Assembly: GCA_022766165.1 (NCBI GenBank)
Contig: QYLO01000035.1
Location: 1 to 24,000, forward strand
DNA: 24,000 bases
Origin: Candidatus Electrothrix gigas
GTDB taxonomy: Bacteria > Desulfobacterota > Desulfobulbia > Desulfobulbales > Desulfobulbaceae
Direction: 5' to 3'
The stretch's first letter is position 1; each line of letters starts with the position of its first letter. Both the position numbers and the translations under genes were made by a program. Shown piece after piece: positions 15,201 through 22,351 of this stretch. Below the pieces are notes generated by a model. The model had not been told where the DNA came from. It searched no databases and was given only the letters and a program-made list of their open reading frames with translations.

Positions 15201-15971
15201 GTCCGGGCTACAGCCAAAGAGAAAAAGGCCCGTGAATACACCTTTGATGGTAACAAAATATTGCTTCTCCATCCTGCTGAGATACCAGGTTTTGAAACTG
15301 GCAGACTCTCTGGGCATGAAAATTTTACTGAGGATGACCAGGCTCTGATTATTGTACATACGGGAAGAAAACAGGCTGCAATGCTCTGTGAACAGCTTGT
15401 TGGTCAGAGAGATATTGTCTTTAAGGATTTAGGCAGCCATTTGCACAGTGTTCCCTGTGTCTCAGGGGTAACCATTATGGGTGATGGTTCCCTGATCCCC
15501 ATTCTGCAAGTTGAGGAAGTCCTTCGCACCTGGAGAACTGCAAGCAAAGAACAGCAGGCTCAAGGGCATCTGCAACGACCAGTCCAAGAGCCTACGCTGC
15601 TTCGCGTTTTGGTGGTTGACGATTCCATCAGTGTCCGAAAAGTGGTTTCCAATCTCATTACCCAGCAGGGGTGGATGCCCATAGCAGCCCGCAATGGTAT
15701 TGAGGCAATTGAAAAAATACGTGAAGAAAAACCAGACATTGTGCTTCTGGACGTTGAGATGCCCCGAATGAATGGCTTTGAAGTCCTCCAGGCTCTGCAA
15801 GCGCAACCTGAGTTACATGATATTCCTGTTGCCATGCTGACATCAAGAAGTGCAGAAAAATATCAAACCAAGGCTCGCGAACTGGGTGCCCGAGGTTTTA
15901 TGACCAAACCCTTTAAAGCTGATGAGGTTATTCGCTTTATTCGTAAAGTAACGCCGGATAAACAGTTGTAA
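12207..15971 (+). CDS. cheA: Hybrid CheA histidine kinase, ChpA/PixL-like: 3 Hpt domains - dimerisation - HATPase - CheW-like - REC
   Basis: 1254 aa. The Hpt His boxes are HRITHTIKGAAAMVG and RRSVHTLKGAAAVIG (twice). It also has the N-box LMHILRNAVAHG, G1 SDTGKGLD, G2 GRGVGMDVV, a CheW-like region (AILARFGNQVYAIPMHDV) and a C-terminal REC (VVDDSISV, LLDVEMPRMNG, MLTSRS, FMTKPF). SD GGAGAG. Confidence 0.96.
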   Translation: MTSSVGNEIITGFIEEVEGYLPDMSRCLQTLQQDRIHRPSLAELHRITHTIKGAAAMVGLDDLSAFGELLEKVMEDILGSSLEVDDEMLHLLQDATQHIAQYCVMQHEEQHEENEGRTHDSRLFLQLIKTLEEKLNSTEFAESAQSGARTNPENIFFDNVAEENVAGDTQASQESNSVDDLFADLDADFEPEPSGIEDSFCDPDIESIFDKIPPATSQTPLFAETEDESESTASQTALIDPELLECFREETEEHLENIDRCLDELTNQITNPVALTPPTQETLHSLRRSVHTLKGAAAVIGIEQIAAWGHDFEDFLDWLHDEAKRLDPTTVAALRDGADLLASLADNPGVSIEKDKQRILAKFNDITKKMRPTVSLSPGTGNTLADDVTAPSAASFLFEETDEKKSEETDSFFDAFTTDTTSATDTEEEDLFFQDVEEKEEDDFFSSIAAESGNSETVDEYEQENIDEELLQCFHEEAKEHLDNLDRQLNHLNVTISDKVALNDFRRGTLHSIRRSVHTLKGAAAVIGIEKIAAWGHDFEDFLDWLHDEAQSIHPDIVQVMQEATDILVRLVEDPTCSVIRAQHTVQEEFQRITAKKEESKHVLPDTLPDTLPDALPDALEKNLEEKATTAPVQQQRKKSATLRTLRVDVNRVDQLVGLSGDMVINLSSFEDSMDTMSGTTKELDMILQRLKNINSSLEAGYELASIPHLGSSEDGQDSDMVEDFDPLEMDRYSELNILIRSLTEAVSDLDSIMGQNALDTASWQKTIEHQGMILKDLQNRMMGIRMTPFSTLSSRMHRTVREAERTTGHPAQLTIEGESIMMDTRVWEVMADPLMHILRNAVAHGGSLPQKGRGKGEDDSEGLSITIQARRKGGLCILQVSDTGKGLDYQAIRIKGMKLYPNERVNLMSDSELADLIFRHGFSSTGAITNIAGRGVGMDVVRDAVDQLNGSIELISEQGQGTAFIMRLPVAVAQLPAILARFGNQVYAIPMHDVASVVRATAKEKKAREYTFDGNKILLLHPAEIPGFETGRLSGHENFTEDDQALIIVHTGRKQAAMLCEQLVGQRDIVFKDLGSHLHSVPCVSGVTIMGDGSLIPILQVEEVLRTWRTASKEQQAQGHLQRPVQEPTLLRVLVVDDSISVRKVVSNLITQQGWMPIAARNGIEAIEKIREEKPDIVLLDVEMPRMNGFEVLQALQAQPELHDIPVAMLTSRSAEKYQTKARELGARGFMTKPFKADEVIRFIRKVTPDKQL
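13077..13175 (+). repeat. Intragenic near-identical segment, copy 1 (core of Hpt2)
   Basis: 99 nt, 95/99 identical to 13758-13856 (offset 681 nt = 227 codons), while the flanking parts of the duplicated Hpt modules are much more diverged. Confidence 0.9.
13758..13856 (+). repeat. Intragenic near-identical segment, copy 2 (core of Hpt3)
   Basis: See 13077-13175. The four differences are c/a, c/t, c/t and c/t; three are synonymous third-position changes and one changes Q to K (IEQI vs IEKI). Confidence 0.9.
14016..14063 (+). repeat. 12-nt tandem repeat x4 encoding LPDTLPDTLPDALPDA in the CheA linker
   Basis: TTACCAGATACA x2, then TTACCAGATGCA and TTACCAGATGCT. Read directly. Confidence 0.9.
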
Positions 15972-16002
15972 CCATCCCCATAATCTTACCTAACTAAAAA
16001 AA

Positions 16003-16800
16003 ATGAAAAAAGTTTGTTTGGTCAAAGGAGGCAATTTTGTTTTGGGGATTGAAGACTGCTATATTCTTTCTCGCCAAAATGGAACACTTGCTCCTGAAAC
16101 GGTTAAAAAGAAAATAAACATCTTTCATCTTAGCTCTTTACTTTCCTGTAAGCACTGTGATCGTCCAGAACCTGGCTCTGTTTTTTTGCAAATCAAAAAG
16201 GGAAAGAGCAGCTTTTTTTTACTGGTTGATCAGGTCATTGATGAAATAGAATTGCCAGCAGAAACGACGAGACTTCCGCCACCTTCGCCTGAATTTGCCC
16301 AACAGCTTTTTCCAAAGGTTGCTGTTTGTATGAATCTTATTGTCCTGTTGCTGGACCCTGGGCAGATTATTCCTGTTGCCAAGAAGTTGGGTCCAAAAAT
16401 TGGGCTTCTTTCTCCCAAGTATTGCGTACAGGTACAGGTACACAAAGAGACAAATAAACAGGCAAACAAACAGGTTCTTTCTGTTGCCCCTGCTGCAACT
16501 ATGACTGAGAACGGGAAAAAAGCCAAACCAGTTGCTGTAAGAAAAAAGATTAAAAAGGATAAAAAAAGACCCAAATCTGTAGATGAGGAAACCTTTAAAG
16601 GTGTTATGGCCTGGACTATTGCCCAATTTAAGCAGGGCAAGGTCAGTGAGGAACAACTCAGTGCAAAAAGACTCCCCCCAGGTGTAGTGCAGCAGGAAGA
16701 GTTGAGCGATACGGTTATTCAGTATCTGATAGACCAGATATCTCTCCGGTGTCAGGAAAGTATCACTCCACATCGGCCTGGAGAGCATCATGGCAGGTAA
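16003..16800 (+). CDS. Hypothetical protein: degenerate CheW-like N-terminal domain + Lys-rich linker + unknown C-terminal domain
   Basis: 265 aa, sitting in the operon in the same orientation with tight spacing. The N-terminal ~125 aa keep the CheW-like strand pattern (NFVLGIEDCYILS ... SSFFLLVDQVIDEIELPAETTRLPPP ... VCMNLIVLLLDPGQII) but lack the usual RG loop. Then comes a KKAKPVAVRKKIKKDKKRPK basic stretch. There is no obvious SD; the leader is A-rich. Confidence 0.7.
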   Translation: MKKVCLVKGGNFVLGIEDCYILSRQNGTLAPETVKKKINIFHLSSLLSCKHCDRPEPGSVFLQIKKGKSSFFLLVDQVIDEIELPAETTRLPPPSPEFAQQLFPKVAVCMNLIVLLLDPGQIIPVAKKLGPKIGLLSPKYCVQVQVHKETNKQANKQVLSVAPAATMTENGKKAKPVAVRKKIKKDKKRPKSVDEETFKGVMAWTIAQFKQGKVSEEQLSAKRLPPGVVQQEELSDTVIQYLIDQISLRCQESITPHRPGEHHGR

Positions 16801-16805
16801 GAACC

Positions 16806-16816
16806 AAAAAAAAAAA
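16806..16816 (+). repeat. A11 homopolymer at the junction of two chemosensory genes (candidate slippage site)
   Basis: Eleven consecutive A residues, read directly. They lie between an SD-preceded ATG (16790) in one frame and the CheW-domain ORF in the -1 frame. Confidence 0.95.
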
Positions 16817-16836
16817 TACATACTGTTTCTCTGTCG

Positions 16837-17295
16837 TTGCCTGCTGAACAGATCCAGGGAAAGAGTCCGGTTCTCCTCTTGACAGCCAGCCAAATTGACG
16901 AAGTCCTTGCAGATGTTGAAATTCAGATGTTGCCCTTTGCCGCAGAGTATCTTCTTGGTCTCTGTGCCTGGCGAGAGAACGTCCTACCGATTATAGATCT
17001 TGTTTCATTTTTTGGCATGATTCCAACACAAAAAAAAGAGGACGCACGGTATGTGGTCGTGCGAACAGTTGATAAAAATAAAAAGGATGTTCGCATGATC
17101 CTTCGCTGTGTTCTGAAAGTCTCGGATCATATTATCAGTGGAGAGAGTCCCACAGACTGCAAAGCTGTGTTGCCAAAACAGGCAGGTTTGCAGGCAGGTT
17201 TTGCCCCAATTTTTGTCAGAGGACTTTTTCAAAGAGAGAAAGAGTTGTTTATTCTCCCTGATATTGCGGCAATATTACATTCAAATTCAACGTAA
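16837..17295 (+). CDS. cheW: CheW-like coupling protein (start uncertain: TTG 16837, or ATG 16790 plus -1 frameshift)
   Basis: CheW signature: SPVLLLTASQIDEVLADVEIQMLPFAAEYLLGLCAWRENVLPIIDLVSFFG ... RYVVVRTVD ... ILRCVLKVSDHI ... LFILPDIAAIL. The first in-frame conventional start is a TTG with no SD. See the finding on the A11 tract. Confidence 0.8.
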   Translation: MPAEQIQGKSPVLLLTASQIDEVLADVEIQMLPFAAEYLLGLCAWRENVLPIIDLVSFFGMIPTQKKEDARYVVVRTVDKNKKDVRMILRCVLKVSDHIISGESPTDCKAVLPKQAGLQAGFAPIFVRGLFQREKELFILPDIAAILHSNST

Positions 17296-17387
17296 CGTAA
17301 AAAACCGTAATTTTTAAATTTTAAAACAAGCAGTTAGCTGTTTATTTTCAAGTTGTTTTTTTGGGTAATTTTTTCAAAGGAGAAAAA

Positions 17388-20300
17388 ATGGCACAGAAGG
17401 CTAAGGGTAGAAAGATGTTCAATATAAAGAAGCCGTTTCAGGGCCGACAGACTATCAGGGGTAAGCTGCTGTTCTGGCTTCTGATTATCTCGTTAGTCCC
17501 AATGACTGTTATCGGCCTTGTCAGTTATCAATACTCCTCCTCCTCATTGCAACGCCAGTCCTTTGAACAGTTGGAGACAACCTTGGCATTTCAGTATCAG
17601 GCCCTGCATCGCTACTTTGATGATCAGGCAAACAAACTGGAAAATATCTCCACGAATATGCAGATGTTCCAGGAAGAGGCATATATAAAACTCTCTGCTG
17701 TCCGTGCGTTGCAGAAGAGGCAAATACAAGCCTATTTTAAAACGCGTTTTGAGGATGTACAGATGTTTGGCGAAAGTCCTCAACAGCAGCAGGTCTTTGG
17801 TGTTTTGCTGAACAAGAGCAATATGAAACCTGGTGTTTCCAGTGGAACGGGCCTACCCCACACTGATTTTGTTGAGTTTATTGAGGCGTGGCTTAAAAAA
17901 CGAGATTTTTTCTCGCTCACTCAGCTCACTCAAGATGGTAAGGTTGTCTACTCCACAGATAAGAGCATCCGTCGTGGTGACCAAGTACAGGAAGGCACAG
18001 CAGAATGGGAAGCCTTGCAAAAGGGGATGCTCACGACCCGTTTTATTGATTACCGATCTTCTTCTTTTCAAGAACTCAATCATGTTGCCTATTTTTCTAC
18101 CCCTCTACTGACTGCTGACCATTCCCCGAGCCTGTTGCTTTTTCGGCTTCAGGATAATGCCTTAGACAGTATTATGAAGGATACAGTCGGACTAGGTGAG
18201 AGCGGTGAGATCTATCTGGTGGGTATGGACGGTATGTTTCGTTCCAACTCCCGTTATTTTGACGAATCCACAATTGCTAACCCCTCTTTTCTTGTGGATA
18301 CAGAAAGTATCGTATATGCCTTGGCAGGTGAAGAGGGGGAAACAACTGTTGTGAACTATCGCGGTGATAATGTTTTGTCCGCATATACAGCAGTGACCAT
18401 ATACGGTGTGACCTGGGTGTTGATGGTTGAGATTGATCAGGAGGAAGCTGTGGTTCCCAAGTTAGGCGAAGGAAAAACAGACCTTCTATCCAAGCTTGCC
18501 AAGACATACGAATTTTCTGACCTCTATCTGGTTGCTCCTGATGGATATATTTTTGCCTCTGCCAAGAATAAAAAGGATTACCTGACCAATATTTTGACCG
18601 GTCCTTATGCTCATTCAATGTTTAATACGGCAGTACAGAATGTTTTGAAGACAAAGAAAATTGCAATCAGTGACTATGCATTTTATGAACCCGCTGGCGG
18701 ACAAGCTACGGCATTTATGGCTGTTCCGGTAATGAACCAAGAAAAAGCCATTTCAATGATCGTTGTTTTGCAGATATCTGATGATCCAATCAATGAAATC
18801 ATGACAACCCGCTATGATTTTGAGAAACAGGTCGGGCATACAGAACTGGGAGAGCATACAGAGATGATCCATGTTGATACCTATCTTGTTGGGTCAGATA
18901 ACCTCTGGCGTTCAGAAGCACGGGACCCAGCACGGTATAAGGTGAAATCCACGCTTTTAAATCCGCAGACAAAGATAGAGACAGAAGCGGTTCAGCAGGC
19001 TCTTGCCGGTCAGAGTGATACAAAAATTATTGTAAACAGTTTGGGAGAAAAGGCTCTGACTTCCTGGACACCGGTTCGATACAAGGGGTTAAACTGGGTT
19101 ATGATCAGTGAGGTTGCTCAGAAGGAAGTTGCCCGTCCTGTTATGCAGTTGCTCAGGATTGTTGGTTTACTTGTTCTGCTTGCTGCGGTTGCAGTTGTTG
19201 TCGTGAGTTTGCGGGTTGCTGGCGGCGTGACCAAGCAGGTTGATGAAATTATGCAGGGTATTTCGCATGTTGAAAAAGGTGAATACGGTGAGCAGGTTAG
19301 GGTAACCAGTAAGGATGAGTTGGGTCGAATGGCGGATTCGTTTAATCAGATGACAACGACGATCCACGATCTTATTGAATCCAGACAAAAAGAGCATGAC
19401 GAGTTGCAGGATTCTATTATTCGCCTTCTTGAGGAAATTACCGAGCTGGCAGACGGTGATCTGAGTATTCGAGCTACGGTAACAGAAGACGTCATCGGCA
19501 CCTTGGCTGATTCACTGAACCTTATGCTTGAAGAACTGGGAACAGCCTTTGCCAAAATTAAACGATCCGCTGAACAGGTCAACTCCACTGCAAATATTCT
19601 CAGTACATCAACAGGAGAACTGGCTGGCCAGAACAACAATCAGTCAAGTATGATTAACGAGGCTGTACAGGAGATCAATCTGCTCACAAAGGCTATTCGG
19701 AAAGCTGCTGATCAGGCCAATACATCGGCGAGCTTCTCTCTTGAATCCAGTAAAGTTGCCGAAGAGGGCGCACAGGCTGTCCGTGAAACCAGTCACTCTA
19801 TGGAGGCTATCCGAGGGAATGTACAGAATACAGCACGTTCCATTAAACGATTGGGTGAGAGTTCACAGGAAATCAGCGACTTTGCACGTACAATCAACGA
19901 GATTTCTGACCGTACTTCTATCTTGGCCCTCAATGCATCTATTCAGGCGGCAGCGGCTGGTGAAGAGGGGCGTGGTTTTGCTGTTGTTGCAGAAGAGATT
20001 CAGCGTTTGGCTGAACGGGCTGCTGTGTCAACCCGACAGATTGAAACCTTGATTAAAAATATTCTTGGCGAGATCACAGAGGCAGGTGTCAGCATGGATT
20101 CCAGTATTCAAGAGGTGGTGCAGGGAACGCAGCTTTCTCAAAACGCCCTGTCAAGACTTGAAGAGATTACCAATCGTTCTAACGAGGTTTTTGAACTTAT
20201 TCAGGGTGTTGCTTCTGCTGCCCAGCAACAGGCCGACACCACAGCTGTTTTGGCAACCTCAATGGGCGAGATTAGCAGCATCAGTTTAGAAACCGCTGAA

Positions 20301-20450
20301 GAGGCTATGGGAGCTTCGGTTTCTATGCAGGAAATGGCGGTTATGGGAGATGACATGCTGCAGTCTGTTGCCACCTTTAAACTTGTATCTGACGAGCAGG
20401 CTGATAATACTGTCGACGATATATTGGAAGCAGGTAGGTTGGATACGTAA
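17388..20450 (+). CDS. Methyl-accepting chemotaxis protein with ~540-aa periplasmic region containing two Cache-like modules, HAMP, PilJ-like signalling domain
   Basis: The ORF track starts at 17361. I prefer the ATG at 17388, which is preceded by SD AAGGAG. TM1 is [21 protein letters not shown]. The Cache-like modules are [15 protein letters not shown]...[31 protein letters not shown] and [14 protein letters not shown]...[31 protein letters not shown]2 is [18 protein letters not shown], followed by HAMP. The conserved hairpin tip is [35 protein letters not shown]. Confidence 0.93.
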   Translation: MAQKAKGRKMFNIKKPFQGRQTIRGKLLFWLLIISLVPMTVIGLVSYQYSSSSLQRQSFEQLETTLAFQYQALHRYFDDQANKLENISTNMQMFQEEAYIKLSAVRALQKRQIQAYFKTRFEDVQMFGESPQQQQVFGVLLNKSNMKPGVSSGTGLPHTDFVEFIEAWLKKRDFFSLTQLTQDGKVVYSTDKSIRRGDQVQEGTAEWEALQKGMLTTRFIDYRSSSFQELNHVAYFSTPLLTADHSPSLLLFRLQDNALDSIMKDTVGLGESGEIYLVGMDGMFRSNSRYFDESTIANPSFLVDTESIVYALAGEEGETTVVNYRGDNVLSAYTAVTIYGVTWVLMVEIDQEEAVVPKLGEGKTDLLSKLAKTYEFSDLYLVAPDGYIFASAKNKKDYLTNILTGPYAHSMFNTAVQNVLKTKKIAISDYAFYEPAGGQATAFMAVPVMNQEKAISMIVVLQISDDPINEIMTTRYDFEKQVGHTELGEHTEMIHVDTYLVGSDNLWRSEARDPARYKVKSTLLNPQTKIETEAVQQALAGQSDTKIIVNSLGEKALTSWTPVRYKGLNWVMISEVAQKEVARPVMQLLRIVGLLVLLAAVAVVVVSLRVAGGVTKQVDEIMQGISHVEKGEYGEQVRVTSKDELGRMADSFNQMTTTIHDLIESRQKEHDELQDSIIRLLEEITELADGDLSIRATVTEDVIGTLADSLNLMLEELGTAFAKIKRSAEQVNSTANILSTSTGELAGQNNNQSSMINEAVQEINLLTKAIRKAADQANTSASFSLESSKVAEEGAQAVRETSHSMEAIRGNVQNTARSIKRLGESSQEISDFARTINEISDRTSILALNASIQAAAAGEEGRGFAVVAEEIQRLAERAAVSTRQIETLIKNILGEITEAGVSMDSSIQEVVQGTQLSQNALSRLEEITNRSNEVFELIQGVASAAQQQADTTAVLATSMGEISSISLETAEEAMGASVSMQEMAVMGDDMLQSVATFKLVSDEQADNTVDDILEAGRLDT

Positions 20451-20522
20451 ACGTACGTTCGATTTCTAAAAAAACGTATGTTTTATTGGTTAGAACTGAA
20501 CAAGGGAAAAGGGTTGAAAAAA

Positions 20523-21734
20523 ATGAAAAATAACAGATGGAATATCCTCTGGAGCTGCTGTCTGTATATTATAGCAGCTCTAGCTCTGCCAGGACAGAGT
20601 GATGCAAGGGTGCAGCTTGGTCAATCCTGTTCATTAACAGGTGCTACTCAGTTGACTGGGCAGGAACTACATAAGGGCGCACAAGCCTATTTTAAAGCGC
20701 ATGCTGGTAATGCAATCAAGCTACTGGTAAAAGATGATGGCTATGAACCAGACCGTTGCCTTGAAAATACAGAACAATTTTTAAAAAATGGTGTTGATGC
20801 TCTGTTTGGCTACTTTGGTACACCGACATCAAAAGTTGCTGTTCCCCTGGCAACAGAACATAAGGTGGTCTTTTTTGCTCCTTTTACAGGTGCTTCTTTT
20901 TTAAGTGATTTCAAAACAAACCCCTATTCTTTTGTTCTCCGTGCCAGTTATGCAACAGAAGTTGAAAACATGATCCGGCACCTGAAAGAGGATTTGGACA
21001 TCACTCGCATTGGACTGTTTGTGCAGCGAGATGCCTTTGGCATGGCAGGAGTACGAGGAGCTGTTCAGGCTCAAAAAAAAATCAAAGGAATAACAATTAT
21101 TCCTCCTGTTCCAGAACTCCCTGACGAGCAAAGCTCTATGGATCAATGGAATAAATTTTGGAAAAGCGTACCAAATTATCGCAGAAATACCGTAGCAGTT
21201 GGTGGTGCTGTCCGTCAGATCAGGGGGCAGGCGGTTGAGGCCGTTATTCTGATCGGGGGCAGCAGGCCCAGTGCCTTGGCTATCAATCAATGGCATAAGA
21301 TTCACTTTAACGTACCCATGTTAAATATCTCTTTTGTTGGCTCTAAGAGTTTGGCAAGCCGACTGCAAAAGACCGATAATGTCTATATCAGTCAAGTGGT
21401 ACCAAACCCTTGGGATAGCAGTATTCCACTGATTAAGCAGTACCAGCAGGATATGAATGGATCAAAGTACAGTTTTGCAAGCTTAGAGGGATATCTGAAT
21501 GCCAAAGTTTTTCATCATGCTCTTTCACGAGTTCAAGGAAAGTTGACAGGACAAGCACTGAAAGACGCTATAGAGTCAATAACACGATACGATGCAGGCG
21601 GTGTGGAGATTTCTTTTGGCAAGGATGATCATCGGGGGATGGATTCGGTATATTTAACCAAAATAGAGCGATCTGGAAAGGACATTACATTTCCTACAGT
21701 AACGGCATTATCCCCTCTCTCTGTTGAGGAATAA
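20523..21734 (+). CDS. Periplasmic type-I solute-binding protein (LivK / Peripla_BP_6-like), last gene of the operon
   Basis: The ORF track starts at 20478. I prefer the Met at 20523 (MKNNRWNILWSCCLYIIAALALPGQSDA), which gives a signal peptide. The mature protein starts QLGQSCSLTGATQLTGQELHKGAQAYF...LLVKDDGYEPDRCLENTEQFLKNGVDALFGYFGTPTS...FFAPFTGAS, typical of branched-chain amino-acid-type binding proteins. Confidence 0.85.
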   Translation: MKNNRWNILWSCCLYIIAALALPGQSDARVQLGQSCSLTGATQLTGQELHKGAQAYFKAHAGNAIKLLVKDDGYEPDRCLENTEQFLKNGVDALFGYFGTPTSKVAVPLATEHKVVFFAPFTGASFLSDFKTNPYSFVLRASYATEVENMIRHLKEDLDITRIGLFVQRDAFGMAGVRGAVQAQKKIKGITIIPPVPELPDEQSSMDQWNKFWKSVPNYRRNTVAVGGAVRQIRGQAVEAVILIGGSRPSALAINQWHKIHFNVPMLNISFVGSKSLASRLQKTDNVYISQVVPNPWDSSIPLIKQYQQDMNGSKYSFASLEGYLNAKVFHHALSRVQGKLTGQALKDAIESITRYDAGGVEISFGKDDHRGMDSVYLTKIERSGKDITFPTVTALSPLSVEE

Positions 21735-21846
21735 TTTTTTGGGAGAGGAAGAACGTCGTCCGATCAGCTTTCATATTTGTATGTTTTCTTCTCCCTTGGT
21801 TCTTTGGGGCGACTTGGAATAACGAACGATACTTCATGTAAAAAAG

Positions 21847-21880
21847 CCGATCCCTTCCCCCTGAGGTAGGGTCGATTTTT
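21847..21880 (+). terminator. Possible intrinsic terminator at the end of the chemosensory operon
   Basis: Imperfect hairpin CGA(T)CCC (21848-21854) / GGGTCG (21869-21874) followed by ATTTTT (to 21880). It is weak: 6 bp with one bulge and a 14-nt loop. Confidence 0.35.
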
Positions 21881-21885
21881 ATAAA

Positions 21886-22019
21886 AAAGGCAGAGGCTTG
21901 AATGGGTAGCCTTGAAAAAAGGTTGTCGTGTGGTGATAAACACCGAAGAATATACCAGTAATACACCCACCTTTAATTAGGTGCAACTTATAACTATTTA
22001 TAAGAAAAAAAGTATCGGA
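21886..22019 (+). repeat. Copy B (134 bp, internal 132-bp deletion) of the TnpB-tail-derived repeat, ending 10 nt before the two-CW gene start codon
   Basis: 21886-21961 matches 9005-9080 and 21961-22019 matches 9212-9270. The deletion junction sits in GTAA/GTAGA microhomology. Same orientation as copy A. Confidence 0.9.
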
Positions 22020-22029
22020 ACATCTGAAA

Positions 22030-22341
22030 ATGAAAAAAAACTGTTGGGAAGTAAAAAAATGCGGACGAGAGCCGGGTGGAGCAAAAGAAAGTGAATTTGG
22101 CGTATGTCCGGCTGCAGAGGAAAAAAGGGCTGAAGGTATTCATCACGGTAAGAACGGTGGTCGCTGCTGTTGGGTGGTTACTGGCACCCTATGCAAAGGA
22201 GCAAATGCGCAAGGTTCTTACGTGGAAAAGTTCAGCGGCGACTGCCAGAGATGTGATTTTTATGGCCTGGTAAAGCGAGAAGAGGAACCTCAATTTAAGA
22301 TAGGGTTGACTATTTTAAAGGAAATACGAAACAAGGGATAG
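22030..22341 (+). CDS. Small stand-alone Cys-rich protein of the two-CW type (family name from memory)
   Basis: 103 aa: MKKNCWEVKKCGREPGG...GVCPA...GGRCCWVVTGTLCKG...GDCQRCDFY. It has eight Cys and two CW dipeptides (NCWE, CCWV). This matches my recollection of the two-CW domain that usually forms the N-terminus of sensor kinases and cyclases. No SD is visible. Confidence 0.7.
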   Translation: MKKNCWEVKKCGREPGGAKESEFGVCPAAEEKRAEGIHHGKNGGRCCWVVTGTLCKGANAQGSYVEKFSGDCQRCDFYGLVKREEEPQFKIGLTILKEIRNKG

Positions 22342-22351
22342 GAGGGGGTTC

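Noticed and set aside
16798-16800. Stop-codon read-through fusing the 16003 ORF and the 16837 CheW ORF (same frame, single TAA between them)
   Set aside because: It is possible in principle. However, TAA followed by G is an efficient stop, and the SD plus overlapping ATG at 16790 argues for a separate, coupled initiation. I list it only as an alternative within the A11 finding.
16219-16893. 224-aa and 136-aa minus-strand ORFs
   Set aside because: They run antisense to the operon genes, have no SD and no recognisable motifs, and would break an otherwise continuous co-directional operon.
17328-17343. Small hairpin AAGCAG-ttag-CTGTTT followed by ATTTT between CheW and the MCP, as an internal attenuator
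   Set aside because: It has only 6 bp including a G-U pair and is AT-rich. It is indistinguishable from chance in this composition.
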